NCBI GenBank assembly: GCA_041653675.1
Contig: JBAZEY010000001.1
Coordinates: 64,098-128,097, forward strand
Direction of reading: 5' to 3'
From: Patescibacteria group bacterium
GTDB taxonomy: Bacteria; Patescibacteriota; Patescibacteriia; XYB2-FULL-38-15
Length of the DNA: 64,000 nucleotides
A model generated the notes under the pieces. The model ran no database searches and had not been told where the DNA came from. It saw only the letters and a program-made list of their open reading frames with translations. A program made the position numbers and the translations under genes. Of this stretch, positions 1-9,391 are shown one piece after another (the stretch's first letter is position 1; each line of letters begins with the position of its first letter).

Positions 1-1
1 G

Positions 2-1117
2 GATAAAAATGGGAAAAAAATTTGGTCAAAAAGTTATCAAGGCACTCAGGGGCCGGCTTTGGCGGAAGACGGAACTATCTATTTTTTGGCGCAGGACACA
101 ATCATTGCTTTGGATAAAAATGGAAATGAAAAATGGAAATTCAAAACCAATGGAAATACGGGCTTTGGCCCAACCATAGGACCGGACGGAACTGTTTATC
201 AAGGCAGTTGGGATAAATATTTTTACGCGATAAATAAAGACGGGACTTTAAAATGGAAATACAAAACGGCGGGAACGATCTCTTATCCCGCCAGTATCGG
301 CCAAAACGGAACGATTTATTTAGGAGGTGGCGATGCGCATGCCGGTCCCGACAGCAATCTTTACGCTTTTGATTTCGATGGAAATTTAAAATGGAAATAT
401 GATACAAAAGCCCTGCGGGTCGGTTCGCCGGCAATCGGTTCCGACGGATTGATTTATCTTCCAGCCGCTCCCTATTTGATTGTTTTGGATTCTTCGGGAA
501 ATTTAAAATGGAAAAAAGGTTCCGATTTCATTTCCAATAATAATATCCAAACAAATAATGAAGCAGGGTGCGGTGCTCCGCCCCTCCCGGCTTGTAACGG
601 AATCCGCCCCGCTGACGGAAATACACCGCCATCCTCATCATCTGGATGCGGTGCTCCGCCTCTTCCTCCTTGCAATGGCGGCAGTCTGCCGCAAAACGGA
701 AGTATATCCCAGCCACAAAACGGGAGCATAGTTCAGCCGCCTTCAAACAAAGATGATATTGCGGGAATTATCACCCCGGCGCTTTCTTCCGACGGGATAA
801 TTTATATCGGCAACGCTCAAGGAATTTTATCCGCCATTGATTCCAAAACTCAAGAAATAAAGTGGACTTATCAAACGGACGCCGACCCGAATCAGGCAGG
901 CTTTTACGGTTTGCCGAGTTTTCCGCTTGTTGATAAAAATGGAACAGTCTATATCGGTTCGGTCGACGGTAAAATGTACGCGGTTGATAAAAAAGGAAAA
1001 CTTTTGTGGAAATATCAAACCGGCGGAAAAATTTCCGAAGCTTCGCCCGCTTTTGATTCGGACGGCACGCTTTATTTTACTTCTCAAGACGGCTATTTGT
1101 ATGCGATAGGAAATTAA
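2..1117 (+). CDS. PQQ-like (BamB-type) beta-propeller repeat protein, 5'-truncated by window edge
   Basis: Frame open from position 2 (DKNGKKIWSKSY...); repeated 'PAIGxDGTIYxGSxDxxxYAxxxDGxLKWKY' blades; Pro/Cys-rich insert in the middle. Confidence 0.85.
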   Translation, partial: DKNGKKIWSKSYQGTQGPALAEDGTIYFLAQDTIIALDKNGNEKWKFKTNGNTGFGPTIGPDGTVYQGSWDKYFYAINKDGTLKWKYKTAGTISYPASIGQNGTIYLGGGDAHAGPDSNLYAFDFDGNLKWKYDTKALRVGSPAIGSDGLIYLPAAPYLIVLDSSGNLKWKKGSDFISNNNIQTNNEAGCGAPPLPACNGIRPADGNTPPSSSSGCGAPPLPPCNGGSLPQNGSISQPQNGSIVQPPSNKDDIAGIITPALSSDGIIYIGNAQGILSAIDSKTQEIKWTYQTDADPNQAGFYGLPSFPLVDKNGTVYIGSVDGKMYAVDKKGKLLWKYQTGGKISEASPAFDSDGTLYFTSQDGYLYAIGN

Positions 1118-1281
1118 ACGAGAGATGTTAGTCGAGCGATCCTTGATTGCAAAGACACTTCGTTTGAAGTTAAAGCGATCGTCCGCCCGAGCTTAATCCC
1201 GCCAAGGCGGGATTAAAATTCAGCGTCAGGATTTTCACTAAAAAGATTCGGATTTCGTTCAGTGTTCGGAGCCAATTAAAT

Positions 1282-1455
1282 ATGAATAGAAAAAGAATTA
1301 AAATATTATGTTTTGTTCTTGCCATATTGTTCGGTATTTTTATGTTTGTGTATGGTGAATTCGATGATAGTCCCGGAGGGCAAATGCTCGGACTCGTAGC
1401 AGTTGTCATTGGCATGGTGGGCATTATAAAGAGCAAGAAGAAAATTTCTAACTAA
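1282..1455 (+). CDS. Small 2-TM membrane protein (57 aa, 'DDSPGG' loop)
   Basis: Hand-translated: MNRKRIKILCFVLAILFGIFMFVYGEFDDSPGGQMLGLVAVVIGMVGIIKSKKKISN; below ORF-track cutoff. Confidence 0.7.
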   Translation: MNRKRIKILCFVLAILFGIFMFVYGEFDDSPGGQMLGLVAVVIGMVGIIKSKKKISN

Positions 1456-1613
1456 CGAGGAGTTTTCAAATGAATATAAGTTCCGGAGTTGTGATTTAGG
1501 ATTATTAAGAATATAAAATCGCTTTTGGCGGTTTTTTGTTTGTGGATGAAAAACTATGCCGACACCGAAAAAGGTGATAAGCTGATAATGGTTTTACTCT
1601 TAAACAAAACTCT

Positions 1614-3623
1614 ATGCGCTGCTCAAAGTGCGGCCGTTCCTTGGGGATGATCGCGAAGTTTTGCCCTAAGTGCGGTACAGAGGTTACTGCCGGACAAAAA
1701 AAGAAAAGTTTAATCACCTTTGTTGTCTGGCTGGCGGTTTTTTTAATTTTAATTCCGGTGTTTTATTATCTCTCTGTGAAGTCGGGGAGTCTGGAGGACC
1801 ATAGCAATTTGGAGATTTTTGGGGCGGTCGCGCTCGTCGCTTTTTTGACGGCCTGCGTTCTTTATCTCATTTATCTTATAATTTATTCCATCGTTCGTTT
1901 TTTTATTATCCATCCGATTGTTAGTTCAGTTGTTCTTGGCGCAGTTTTAATTTTGGTAGGTTTCGGGGCATATGCTTACCTGGCTGATAAAAATGAAAAA
2001 GACTTTTCTGATTCACTTTATTTAATCCAGGATAATTTGGCCGAAGCAACAGTGGCTAAAATAATGGGAGACTCTCTTGTGGCAAAAAAACCGCTCATTA
2101 CTGCGTCCTGGCAGAGAGTTGGCATTGAAACCCAAATGGTTTCGGGCAGATTAAAAGCTCTCAATGTGCCCAAAGAATTGGAGAGTTACAAAGAGGCGGC
2201 TATTGCCTGGACTGATGAAGTAGGGATTGCTTCTTTGGATCCCAAAGTTTGGAAAGACGTAGCGGATGATCCGGGAAATTTTGATTTAAAATTGAGAGAC
2301 AAAAGAGCAGAACAATTATTTGAAAAAAGTGTTCAAAAAATTTCCGAGTTCAAAGAATTTGGTGACAACTCTATTAAAATGAAAAACAATGTGTCGATGC
2401 TTTATATTGGTGCTAAGTTAAGAGTGGAGAGACACTGGTTAAATGGCATTACTCATTCCGAAAAAGCGAGTTTACTTGGGTTTAATTTTATTTCTTCGGC
2501 CGAGGCTGCTCTGCCGGCCGTGCCGGAGGTTGGTCCAGGAATGGATGTTACCTGCCAAGTTTGCGGCAATCCGAGCGTTAAGATGACTGATTATCAGAGA
2601 AAAATGTATAACTGTGATTTGAAATGTAATCCGTCAGGGCAGCAAGGGCAGAGCCAGGGTGGTGGAACGGTCGGTGGGCAAACAACTGGTGGAACGGTCG
2701 GCGGAACAAATAGCGGACAAACCGGAGGAACGACGGGCGGAACAGCTGGTGGCATGACGGGCGGAACAGCTGGGAGCGGTGATTATCAAACACCGACTCG
2801 CCGAATTTGTATTGGCCGCGGCGGGACGAGCACTGGTTCAGGCGGACCGACTAACGTTTATTGCGTCGAAGATGTTTTACAATCAACAAATGGCATTGAC
2901 GCTTCAGCTATTGGTTTTGCCAAAGGCGAAAAGAATTCAGGGAAAGATTGGGAAAACGGTTGGCATAATTTGGAGGGGTTGGGAGTTATTTCAACCGGCG
3001 AGCCGTCAGCGCAAGGTAATAGTCCGACCGTGCAGAAATTTTACGATGAATGTACGGCTCGGGGCGGGACCGTCGGCGGCGCGGGAATGGCCAAAGTCCG
3101 TCTTCCGACCACTGAGTTTGGTTACACTTGCGATTACAAAAAAGATAGTAGTACAGGGTGTTGGGCATTCTTAACTTATTCGGGTGGGGCATATATGGGA
3201 GGCAATCCCGGTTGCGAAGAAAAAAATCTTTTGCCCGATACTGGCAAAGAAGAGGCCGATAAAAAAGTTGGCGGCCGCTGGGACGGACATTATGTTGGCC
3301 CCTTGTCCGGCACTTGCGCGTCAACTTCAGGCAGGACTTACGCGGATACGGTTGGCATGGATTTTGCTGTGGTCAATAATGTCACTTATGATAGTACTGT
3401 GAATGTATATGTTTCAATTGACGAGGGGGGATTTGCTATTGAAACTTTTCAAACCTCAGTGGCTGTTACGAACGGAACCGCTTACGTTTCCGGTATTTTC
3501 TATTTTGGCTTTAATCAGAATGGTTTTTCTGGCAGTGGGTCAATGGATGCAACTGGTGTTTTTGAAGATGGCACTGTTGATTATGCCAGCTGTACTTTAA
3601 CTGGCTCGGGTACTAAGCAATAA
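1614..3623 (+). CDS. Membrane-anchored surface protein: N-terminal zinc ribbon, 3 TM, Gly/Thr-rich linker, Cys-rich extracellular domains
   Basis: CxxC-x10-CxxC at the N-terminus, three hydrophobic segments, GGT repeats, several Cys pairs. Confidence 0.75.
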   Translation: MRCSKCGRSLGMIAKFCPKCGTEVTAGQKKKSLITFVVWLAVFLILIPVFYYLSVKSGSLEDHSNLEIFGAVALVAFLTACVLYLIYLIIYSIVRFFIIHPIVSSVVLGAVLILVGFGAYAYLADKNEKDFSDSLYLIQDNLAEATVAKIMGDSLVAKKPLITASWQRVGIETQMVSGRLKALNVPKELESYKEAAIAWTDEVGIASLDPKVWKDVADDPGNFDLKLRDKRAEQLFEKSVQKISEFKEFGDNSIKMKNNVSMLYIGAKLRVERHWLNGITHSEKASLLGFNFISSAEAALPAVPEVGPGMDVTCQVCGNPSVKMTDYQRKMYNCDLKCNPSGQQGQSQGGGTVGGQTTGGTVGGTNSGQTGGTTGGTAGGMTGGTAGSGDYQTPTRRICIGRGGTSTGSGGPTNVYCVEDVLQSTNGIDASAIGFAKGEKNSGKDWENGWHNLEGLGVISTGEPSAQGNSPTVQKFYDECTARGGTVGGAGMAKVRLPTTEFGYTCDYKKDSSTGCWAFLTYSGGAYMGGNPGCEEKNLLPDTGKEEADKKVGGRWDGHYVGPLSGTCASTSGRTYADTVGMDFAVVNNVTYDSTVNVYVSIDEGGFAIETFQTSVAVTNGTAYVSGIFYFGFNQNGFSGSGSMDATGVFEDGTVDYASCTLTGSGTKQ

Positions 3624-3709
3624 AGGGCAAATACCCTTTGTTGTCTGCGGCGCTCGGGAATGCGAGTGCTCGCATTCCGCTCACTATCCTCGACAATAAT
3701 TTAATTAAA

Positions 3710-4576
3710 ATGTCTGATTCCTTGATTTTAAAAACCAAACCCTCGGCGGATTATGAATTGATTGATTCTGGCGAGGGAGAAAAATTGGAACGCTACGGGC
3801 GGTTTGTTTTTTCGCGCCCGGATCCGCAGGCGCTTTGGCCGAAATTAAATTTGGCCGCGTGGAAAAAAGTTGACGGAGAATTTACGCGGAGCGCGGAAAA
3901 GGCTGAATGGAAAATTAAAAAAGAAGTGCCCGGCCGCTGGCAGATAAATTTAGGTGGTTTGGGTTTTTGGATAAAACCCACGACTTTCAAACATTTGGGA
4001 ATTTTTCCGGAGCAAGTTGGAAATTGGGAATGGATTAAAAATTCAGTTAGCGGAGCAAAAAGAAAAGTTTCCGTCTTAAATCTTTTTGGCTACACGGGCG
4101 GAGCAACGCTCGCGGCGGCCTCGGCCGGAGCGGAAGTTTGCCATGTTGACGGATCAAAAGTCGCCATCACCTGGGCGCGCGACAATGCGGCATTATCAAA
4201 ATTAGATAAAAAACCGATTCGCTGGATTTTGGAAGACGCGGTAACATTTGTAAAACGGGAAATAAAACGCGGCCATCACTATGAGGGAATTGTTTTGGAT
4301 CCGCCGGCGTTTGGCCACGGGCCGGGCGGTGAACTTTGGAAAATTGAAGATAATTTTTTGGAATTAATGACTTTGTGTTTTAAATTATTGTCCGATAAGC
4401 CATTATTTTTTCTGATCAATGGGTATGCCTCGGGATATTCCGCCACGGCTTATAAAAATAATTTATTGCTGATGCTAGAAAAAAACGGCGGAACGCTTGA
4501 AGCGGGGGAATTAACAATTGAAGAGAAGAGCGGCCGGCTTTTGCCCTGCGGAATTTTTGCTCGCTGGAACGCATAA
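3710..4576 (+). CDS. Class I SAM-dependent methyltransferase (RlmI/RlmK-like)
   Basis: VLNLFGYTGG SAM motif, ILEDA, LDPP motif; ATG at 3710 preferred to TTG at 3638. Confidence 0.85.
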   Translation: MSDSLILKTKPSADYELIDSGEGEKLERYGRFVFSRPDPQALWPKLNLAAWKKVDGEFTRSAEKAEWKIKKEVPGRWQINLGGLGFWIKPTTFKHLGIFPEQVGNWEWIKNSVSGAKRKVSVLNLFGYTGGATLAAASAGAEVCHVDGSKVAITWARDNAALSKLDKKPIRWILEDAVTFVKREIKRGHHYEGIVLDPPAFGHGPGGELWKIEDNFLELMTLCFKLLSDKPLFFLINGYASGYSATAYKNNLLLMLEKNGGTLEAGELTIEEKSGRLLPCGIFARWNA

Positions 4577-4577
4577 T

Positions 4578-5246
4578 ATGAAGCTTAATGTTTTATACGA
4601 AGATAATCATTTAATCGTGGTAGAAAAACCAGCGGGAATGCTTGTGCAAGGAGATAAAACTGGCGACCCTTGTTTAATGGATGAAGTGAAGAAATATTTG
4701 AAAGAAAAATATAAAAAGCCAGGCAATGTTTTTTTGGGATTAGTTCATCGGTTGGATCGTCCGGTTGGCGGGGTCGTGCTTTTCGCGAAAACAAGCAAAG
4801 GCGCGTCAAGACTTTCGGCGCAATTTCGCGAACGAGCGGTGGAAAAATATTATTACGCGGTTGTTCTCGGAAAAATGAAAGAGGTGAATGGCACGATTGT
4901 AAGTTTTTTAAAAAAAGACGAAAATAAAAATATAGTAGAAGTTTTTGATCGTGAAGTTGTGGGCGCCAAACAGGCGGAACTTTTTTGGGAGGTAGAAAAA
5001 GCGGGCGCGAAAAATACTTTGTTAAAAATAAAATTAGGAACGGGCCGGGCGCACCAAATCCGGGCGCAGCTCGCTTCAGTCGGCTATCCGGTTTTAGGCG
5101 ACGTAAAATATGGCGCGGATGAGCCCTTGCCTGATAAATCAATTGCTCTTTTTTCTGCTTCACTTACTTTTCTCTCGGCCACCGGCGGCAAATCAGAAAC
5201 AATTGAATTGCCTTGGCCAAAAGTTTGGGAAAAATATTTAAATTAA
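4578..5246 (+). CDS. RluA-family RNA pseudouridine synthase
   Basis: VLYEDNHLIVVEKPAG, HRLD catalytic motif, TGRAHQIR, GDVKYG. Confidence 0.92.
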   Translation: MKLNVLYEDNHLIVVEKPAGMLVQGDKTGDPCLMDEVKKYLKEKYKKPGNVFLGLVHRLDRPVGGVVLFAKTSKGASRLSAQFRERAVEKYYYAVVLGKMKEVNGTIVSFLKKDENKNIVEVFDREVVGAKQAELFWEVEKAGAKNTLLKIKLGTGRAHQIRAQLASVGYPVLGDVKYGADEPLPDKSIALFSASLTFLSATGGKSETIELPWPKVWEKYLN

Positions 5247-5310
5247 TCCGGCTTCGCGAAAAAGAGTTTTTCCGACCGGTTTTTTGATTAAAAATTTAAC
5301 ATTACGAAGT

Positions 5311-5664
5311 ATGGCAAATCTCCAAGAAGTTTGGCTACGGATGCAAAAAACAAAAAAGAAACAAAAAGAAATCAGGTCGGCGTATAAAGATGCGCTCGTG
5401 AATAGCGCTGATTACGGAAAAATCGTGGAAGATTTAAAAACTCTTCGCGAAAAAAAGAAAAAAATTGAAACGGATGTGCGGGGAGATTTTACTTCCGAAT
5501 TTAATGAATTGGAAACCCTAAAAGCGGACACGGAAACTGACGCGGAAATGCTTTCAGATCTCGCCTTAAATACTTTTGTGAAAGGCGAGACAGTTCAGGT
5601 GACTGATGAATACGAAAATAAATACGAACCGGTTTTTGTCGTGAAATTTAAACGGGTGTACTAA
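5311..5664 (+). CDS. Conserved-looking coiled-coil hypothetical protein
   Basis: Charged helical ORF, ATG at 5311, in line with neighbours. Confidence 0.7.
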   Translation: MANLQEVWLRMQKTKKKQKEIRSAYKDALVNSADYGKIVEDLKTLREKKKKIETDVRGDFTSEFNELETLKADTETDAEMLSDLALNTFVKGETVQVTDEYENKYEPVFVVKFKRVY

Positions 5665-5745
5665 CGTTATAATGGAAATGGACGCCGGTTTTAAAAAATG
5701 ATAAAATTTAATCGGTGTCCGCCTAAATAATAATCTTAATGCGTT

Positions 5746-6468
5746 ATGAGAAAACAGGCATTTTCCATTGTAGTTTTAGCTATTTTGGCCGTTATTTTTT
5801 GGCCAAGCGGCGAAGTTAAAGCTGAAGAGTGCTGCGGCTGCGATCCGATTTACGACCGCGATTTGCGGGGTGAAGTGATTATCAGCGCTTACGTCCGAAA
5901 CGAGCCATGCACGGTGAATTCCACAATTTTAAAAACCGTGGTCAAGGGATCGGTCATTAAAGTTATCGGCGAAACGGACGGCTGGTATAAAGTGCAATTG
6001 GCTGACGGAACAGTTGGTTGGGTCGGCCAGGTTTTAATGCAGCTCACTGACAAGGCCTTAACAAATACTTCCGGCACAACGAGTGGCACCGGGACTTCTG
6101 CGACGAGTTTAACAAAATATCTTGGTTACATTTTTTTAGCGGTGGAAAAACACGGCGAGGCGTACTACTATTATCCGGTGGATAAAAAAGGATATTATCT
6201 TGGCCGACCGGCAGACGCATTTAATGTAATGCGAACTTTGGGCCTTGGCGCGACGCACGATTTTATCACGAACACCACTTATTTTCCGACGAGCGTGGTT
6301 GGGAGAATTCTGCTCGATGTCCAGTCGCACGGCGAAGCCTATTACATTTATCCAAAGGACAGGAAAAAATATTATCTTGGCCGGCCAGACGATGCCTACA
6401 GTATTATGCGGAGTTTAGGCCTGGGCATCAGCAATACAAATCTGACCGCGCTTCCGTTAGCGCAATAA
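5746..6468 (+). CDS. Secreted SH3b-domain protein with two C-terminal 'HGEAYY' repeats
   Basis: Signal peptide; VRxxP...GWYKVQLADGTVGWV SH3b motif; duplicated 'L.V..HGEAYY.YP.D.K.YYLGRP.DA..VMR.LGLG' unit. Confidence 0.8.
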   Translation: MRKQAFSIVVLAILAVIFWPSGEVKAEECCGCDPIYDRDLRGEVIISAYVRNEPCTVNSTILKTVVKGSVIKVIGETDGWYKVQLADGTVGWVGQVLMQLTDKALTNTSGTTSGTGTSATSLTKYLGYIFLAVEKHGEAYYYYPVDKKGYYLGRPADAFNVMRTLGLGATHDFITNTTYFPTSVVGRILLDVQSHGEAYYIYPKDRKKYYLGRPDDAYSIMRSLGLGISNTNLTALPLAQ

Positions 6469-6475
6469 AAAATTT

Positions 6476-6501
6476 AACCCCGGATTTAATTCCGGGGTTT
6501 T
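6476..6501 (+). terminator. Intrinsic terminator
   Basis: aaccccgga-tttaat-tccggggtt followed by Ts. Confidence 0.7.
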
Positions 6502-6512
6502 GGTTTTAAATT

Positions 6513-7748
6513 ATGAAAAAAATTATTTTGGTAATAGTCGCAGTCATTTTTTTAGTTGCCATCGGCTGGGCGGGAATTTATTTGTGGAAAAACTATGGCG
6601 GGTTTTTGAGAAATATTGAAGAGCCATCAGTAAATATCGTGAATTCGCTGGAAAACCAAAATATTAGCCCACTGCCGCCGAACTCCACCAAAATTCCGCT
6701 GACCTTGCCAAACGGATTTTCTATTTCCATTTTTGCAAAAAATCTTGGCGCGCCGCGCGTTGTTATTTCTGATGAAGCTGGACGGCTGCTTGCGAGCGTT
6801 CCCAGCGCCGGGAAAATTTTTGCTTTGCCAGACAAAAATCAGGACGGCGCAGCCGATGAAACTATCGAAGTGCTTAGCGGTTTAAATAATCCGCACGGCC
6901 TGGCCTTGTGGTGTGAAAATGAAAAATGCAGTTTGTATGTCGCGGAATCGGACAAATTATCAGTTTATGATTATGATAAAGAAAAAGCCGCCGCGACAAA
7001 TGGAAAGAAAATTGTTGATTTGCCGGGTGGAGGTAGGCACTTTACGCGGACACTGCAATTTTTACCAAATAATCCCGATAAAATTTTAATTTCTGTTGGT
7101 TCGTCTTGTGATGTTTGTAATGAAAGCGATTGGCAGCGGGCAAAAGTTTTAGTTGTTGATATTAAAACCGGCGAGCTCAAAGTTTTTTCCTCAGGTTTGC
7201 GTAATTCAGTTTTTATGGCTGAACATCCGGTAACGGGAAAAATTTGGGCGACGGAAATGGGTCGAGATTTTTTAGGCGACAATCTGCCGCCGGATGAAAT
7301 TAATATTATTGAGGATGAAAAAAATTATGGCTGGCCTATTTGTTACGGAAAAAATATTCACGACACGGTTTTTGATAAAAATGTTTACATTAGAAATCCG
7401 TGCATGGAGCCATTTGAAACGCCGTCTTATATTGATATTCCGGCGCACTCGGCGCCGCTCGGTTTGGCTTTTGTCGCGGAAGGAAGCGGTTGGCCGAAAG
7501 ACTATGAAAATAATTTATTGGTTGCGTATCACGGTTCTTGGAATAGAAGTGTTCCGGCCGGATACAAAATTGTTCGTTATAAACTGGATGCGGAAGGAAA
7601 ATATCTTGGCGAAGAAGATTTTATTTTCGGTTGGCTCGCGGGCGGAGAAGTCCTCGGCCGTCCGGCGGGAATTTTATTTTTTGACGGCGCGGCTTATGTT
7701 TCCGACGATAAAGCCGGCGTGATTTATAAAATAACTTATCATCCTTAA
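6513..7748 (+). CDS. PQQ-dependent sugar/sorbosone dehydrogenase family protein
   Basis: GLNNPHGL, SVGSSCDVC, GLRNSV, PPDEIN, NYGWP, AHSAPLGL, HGSWNRS motifs; N-terminal anchor. Confidence 0.9.
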   Translation: MKKIILVIVAVIFLVAIGWAGIYLWKNYGGFLRNIEEPSVNIVNSLENQNISPLPPNSTKIPLTLPNGFSISIFAKNLGAPRVVISDEAGRLLASVPSAGKIFALPDKNQDGAADETIEVLSGLNNPHGLALWCENEKCSLYVAESDKLSVYDYDKEKAAATNGKKIVDLPGGGRHFTRTLQFLPNNPDKILISVGSSCDVCNESDWQRAKVLVVDIKTGELKVFSSGLRNSVFMAEHPVTGKIWATEMGRDFLGDNLPPDEINIIEDEKNYGWPICYGKNIHDTVFDKNVYIRNPCMEPFETPSYIDIPAHSAPLGLAFVAEGSGWPKDYENNLLVAYHGSWNRSVPAGYKIVRYKLDAEGKYLGEEDFIFGWLAGGEVLGRPAGILFFDGAAYVSDDKAGVIYKITYHP

Positions 7749-7766
7749 ACGAGGGGAGGTGAATTT

Positions 7767-8129
7767 ATGAATTGGAAAAAAGCTATTGGTTTTGGCGCTC
7801 TGCTTTGGGGACTAATGTTTATTATAGTTTGCATTTTTATTGGTTTTAAAGTTCCTGAATCAACTTGGCTAAACGTTGGATATGCCATTGTTGCCGGTAT
7901 CATCTCTTTCGTTTTGGCCGGTTATGTTAAGCCAAAAAGTTATGGTATGGCGCTCGGTTATGGTGTTTCCTGGCTCGTGGTCGGCGTAATTTTGGACGCC
8001 ATTATCACGACGCGGTTTAATCCGGCAATCTTTACGGCTTGGACACTTTGGCTCGGCTACGGCCTTGCCGTCTTGGCGGTTCTTTTAAGAGTTAAAAAGG
8101 AATCAGCAGTATCTCCGCCCATGCCATAA
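7767..8129 (+). CDS. 4-TM membrane protein
   Basis: Four hydrophobic segments; GGGGAGGTG SD upstream. Confidence 0.75.
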   Translation: MNWKKAIGFGALLWGLMFIIVCIFIGFKVPESTWLNVGYAIVAGIISFVLAGYVKPKSYGMALGYGVSWLVVGVILDAIITTRFNPAIFTAWTLWLGYGLAVLAVLLRVKKESAVSPPMP

Positions 8130-8234
8130 TTTTTATTTTAGTCGCGACTAAAATACTCACCTTTGGGGTGGGTATTTTGTTTGCGCTAAATTTTTATTTA
8201 TGATAGGACAAACAGAAGGGGAGATAAGGAGGGA

Positions 8235-8825
8235 GTGATGGAGGAGAGGAAGATCAACTGGCGAGATCAGGCATTGAAGCCTATCGTGGAAGTGTTTCCG
8301 CCGTGGGTCAAACCCAACCATCTGACCTACACCCGGGCCGCGCTGGTAGTACCCGTGGCAGCGTGTCTTTGGCATGGCTCAAACATTCTGGCAGTGGTTT
8401 TTCTTTCAGTTGCCGTACTGCTGGATATGTTGGACGGCGCCATGGCGCGAATCCGAAACCATCAGACTTCAAACGGCGAATGGCTGGATGCTTATGCCGA
8501 CAAGCTGCTCATTGTTGGACTACTTCTGATCTATGGCTGGGATCATTTCCCGGCCGCGCTCATCTGGGTTATTTTCGCGGTTGAGGTGGTTCTTTGCCTC
8601 GGCCGGCCGATCAAGATCTGGCTCGGTAAGTCGGGCAAGGCAAACGTTTTCGGCAAGATCAAGATGTGGCTGCAGAGCGCGGCTGTCATCGGACTTGCGG
8701 CGCACGCTAGCTGGACGCTCGTCGTTGCCAATGTTACTTTGTGGTCCGCGCTCGTCTTCGCCAGTTTGAGCGTCGCTTTCCATCTTCGCGACATTTTCGC
8801 GCGAAGTCAGCCAGCCGCCGGATAA
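8235..8825 (+). CDS. CDP-alcohol phosphatidyltransferase family protein (PgsA-like)
   Basis: PNHLTYTR, DMLDGAMAR...GEWLDAYADK signature, GKIKM; strong SD aaggaggga; GC-richer than flanks. Confidence 0.9.
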   Translation: MMEERKINWRDQALKPIVEVFPPWVKPNHLTYTRAALVVPVAACLWHGSNILAVVFLSVAVLLDMLDGAMARIRNHQTSNGEWLDAYADKLLIVGLLLIYGWDHFPAALIWVIFAVEVVLCLGRPIKIWLGKSGKANVFGKIKMWLQSAAVIGLAAHASWTLVVANVTLWSALVFASLSVAFHLRDIFARSQPAAG

Positions 8826-8959
8826 GGAGAATCCGGGCGGTTCGTCCCGCATTTTGTCTTCGGACGGGGTGCGGGATTTTTTCTTTTATTAATTTGTGGT
8901 ACAATAATAAAAAGAGTCATTGCAAAAAATAATTTTTATAATAATTAAGTTAAAATTTT

Positions 8960-9271
8960 ATGGGAAAAAACACATTTATGAAGGGTGCGCTGCTCGGCGC
9001 ACTAATTGGCACGGCCGTTGCGCTTCTTACAACTAAAAAAACTGGCAAACAAAGGCAAGAAGAATTTAAAAAAGCTCATCCGGAACTTTCCGCTAAAATT
9101 TTGGAAGCGGTTGGAAAAATGAAAGTGATGAGTAAAGAAAAATATGAAGAGGTGGTGGAGAAGGTAGTCGTGGAATACGGCAAAAAAAAGAAAATGGCCG
9201 GAGCGCAGATCAAGGAAATAATGGCAGAATTGAAAAGCAAGTGGAGCGATATTCAAAAGCACATGAAATAA
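8960..9271 (+). CDS. YtxH-like protein
   Basis: FMKGALLGALIGTAVALL...KTGK N-terminal motif followed by charged helices. Confidence 0.75.
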   Translation: MGKNTFMKGALLGALIGTAVALLTTKKTGKQRQEEFKKAHPELSAKILEAVGKMKVMSKEKYEEVVEKVVVEYGKKKKMAGAQIKEIMAELKSKWSDIQKHMK

Positions 9272-9391
9272 AATTTTTAAAAAACAAGTCTAAAATAAAC
9301 ATTGGACTTGTTTTTTTATTTATGTTAAATTTGTTTTTAACGGATTGACGGATCCGTTTTTTTAGCCGGGGGAGGGAGGAGGAGCACGGGC

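Noticed and set aside
1170-1436. Minus-strand 88-aa ORF
   Set aside because: Antisense to the more plausible + strand membrane protein 1282-1455
2640-2780. CRISPR-like repeats
   Set aside because: In-frame codon repeats of a Gly/Thr linker; no constant repeat-spacer period and no cas genes in the window
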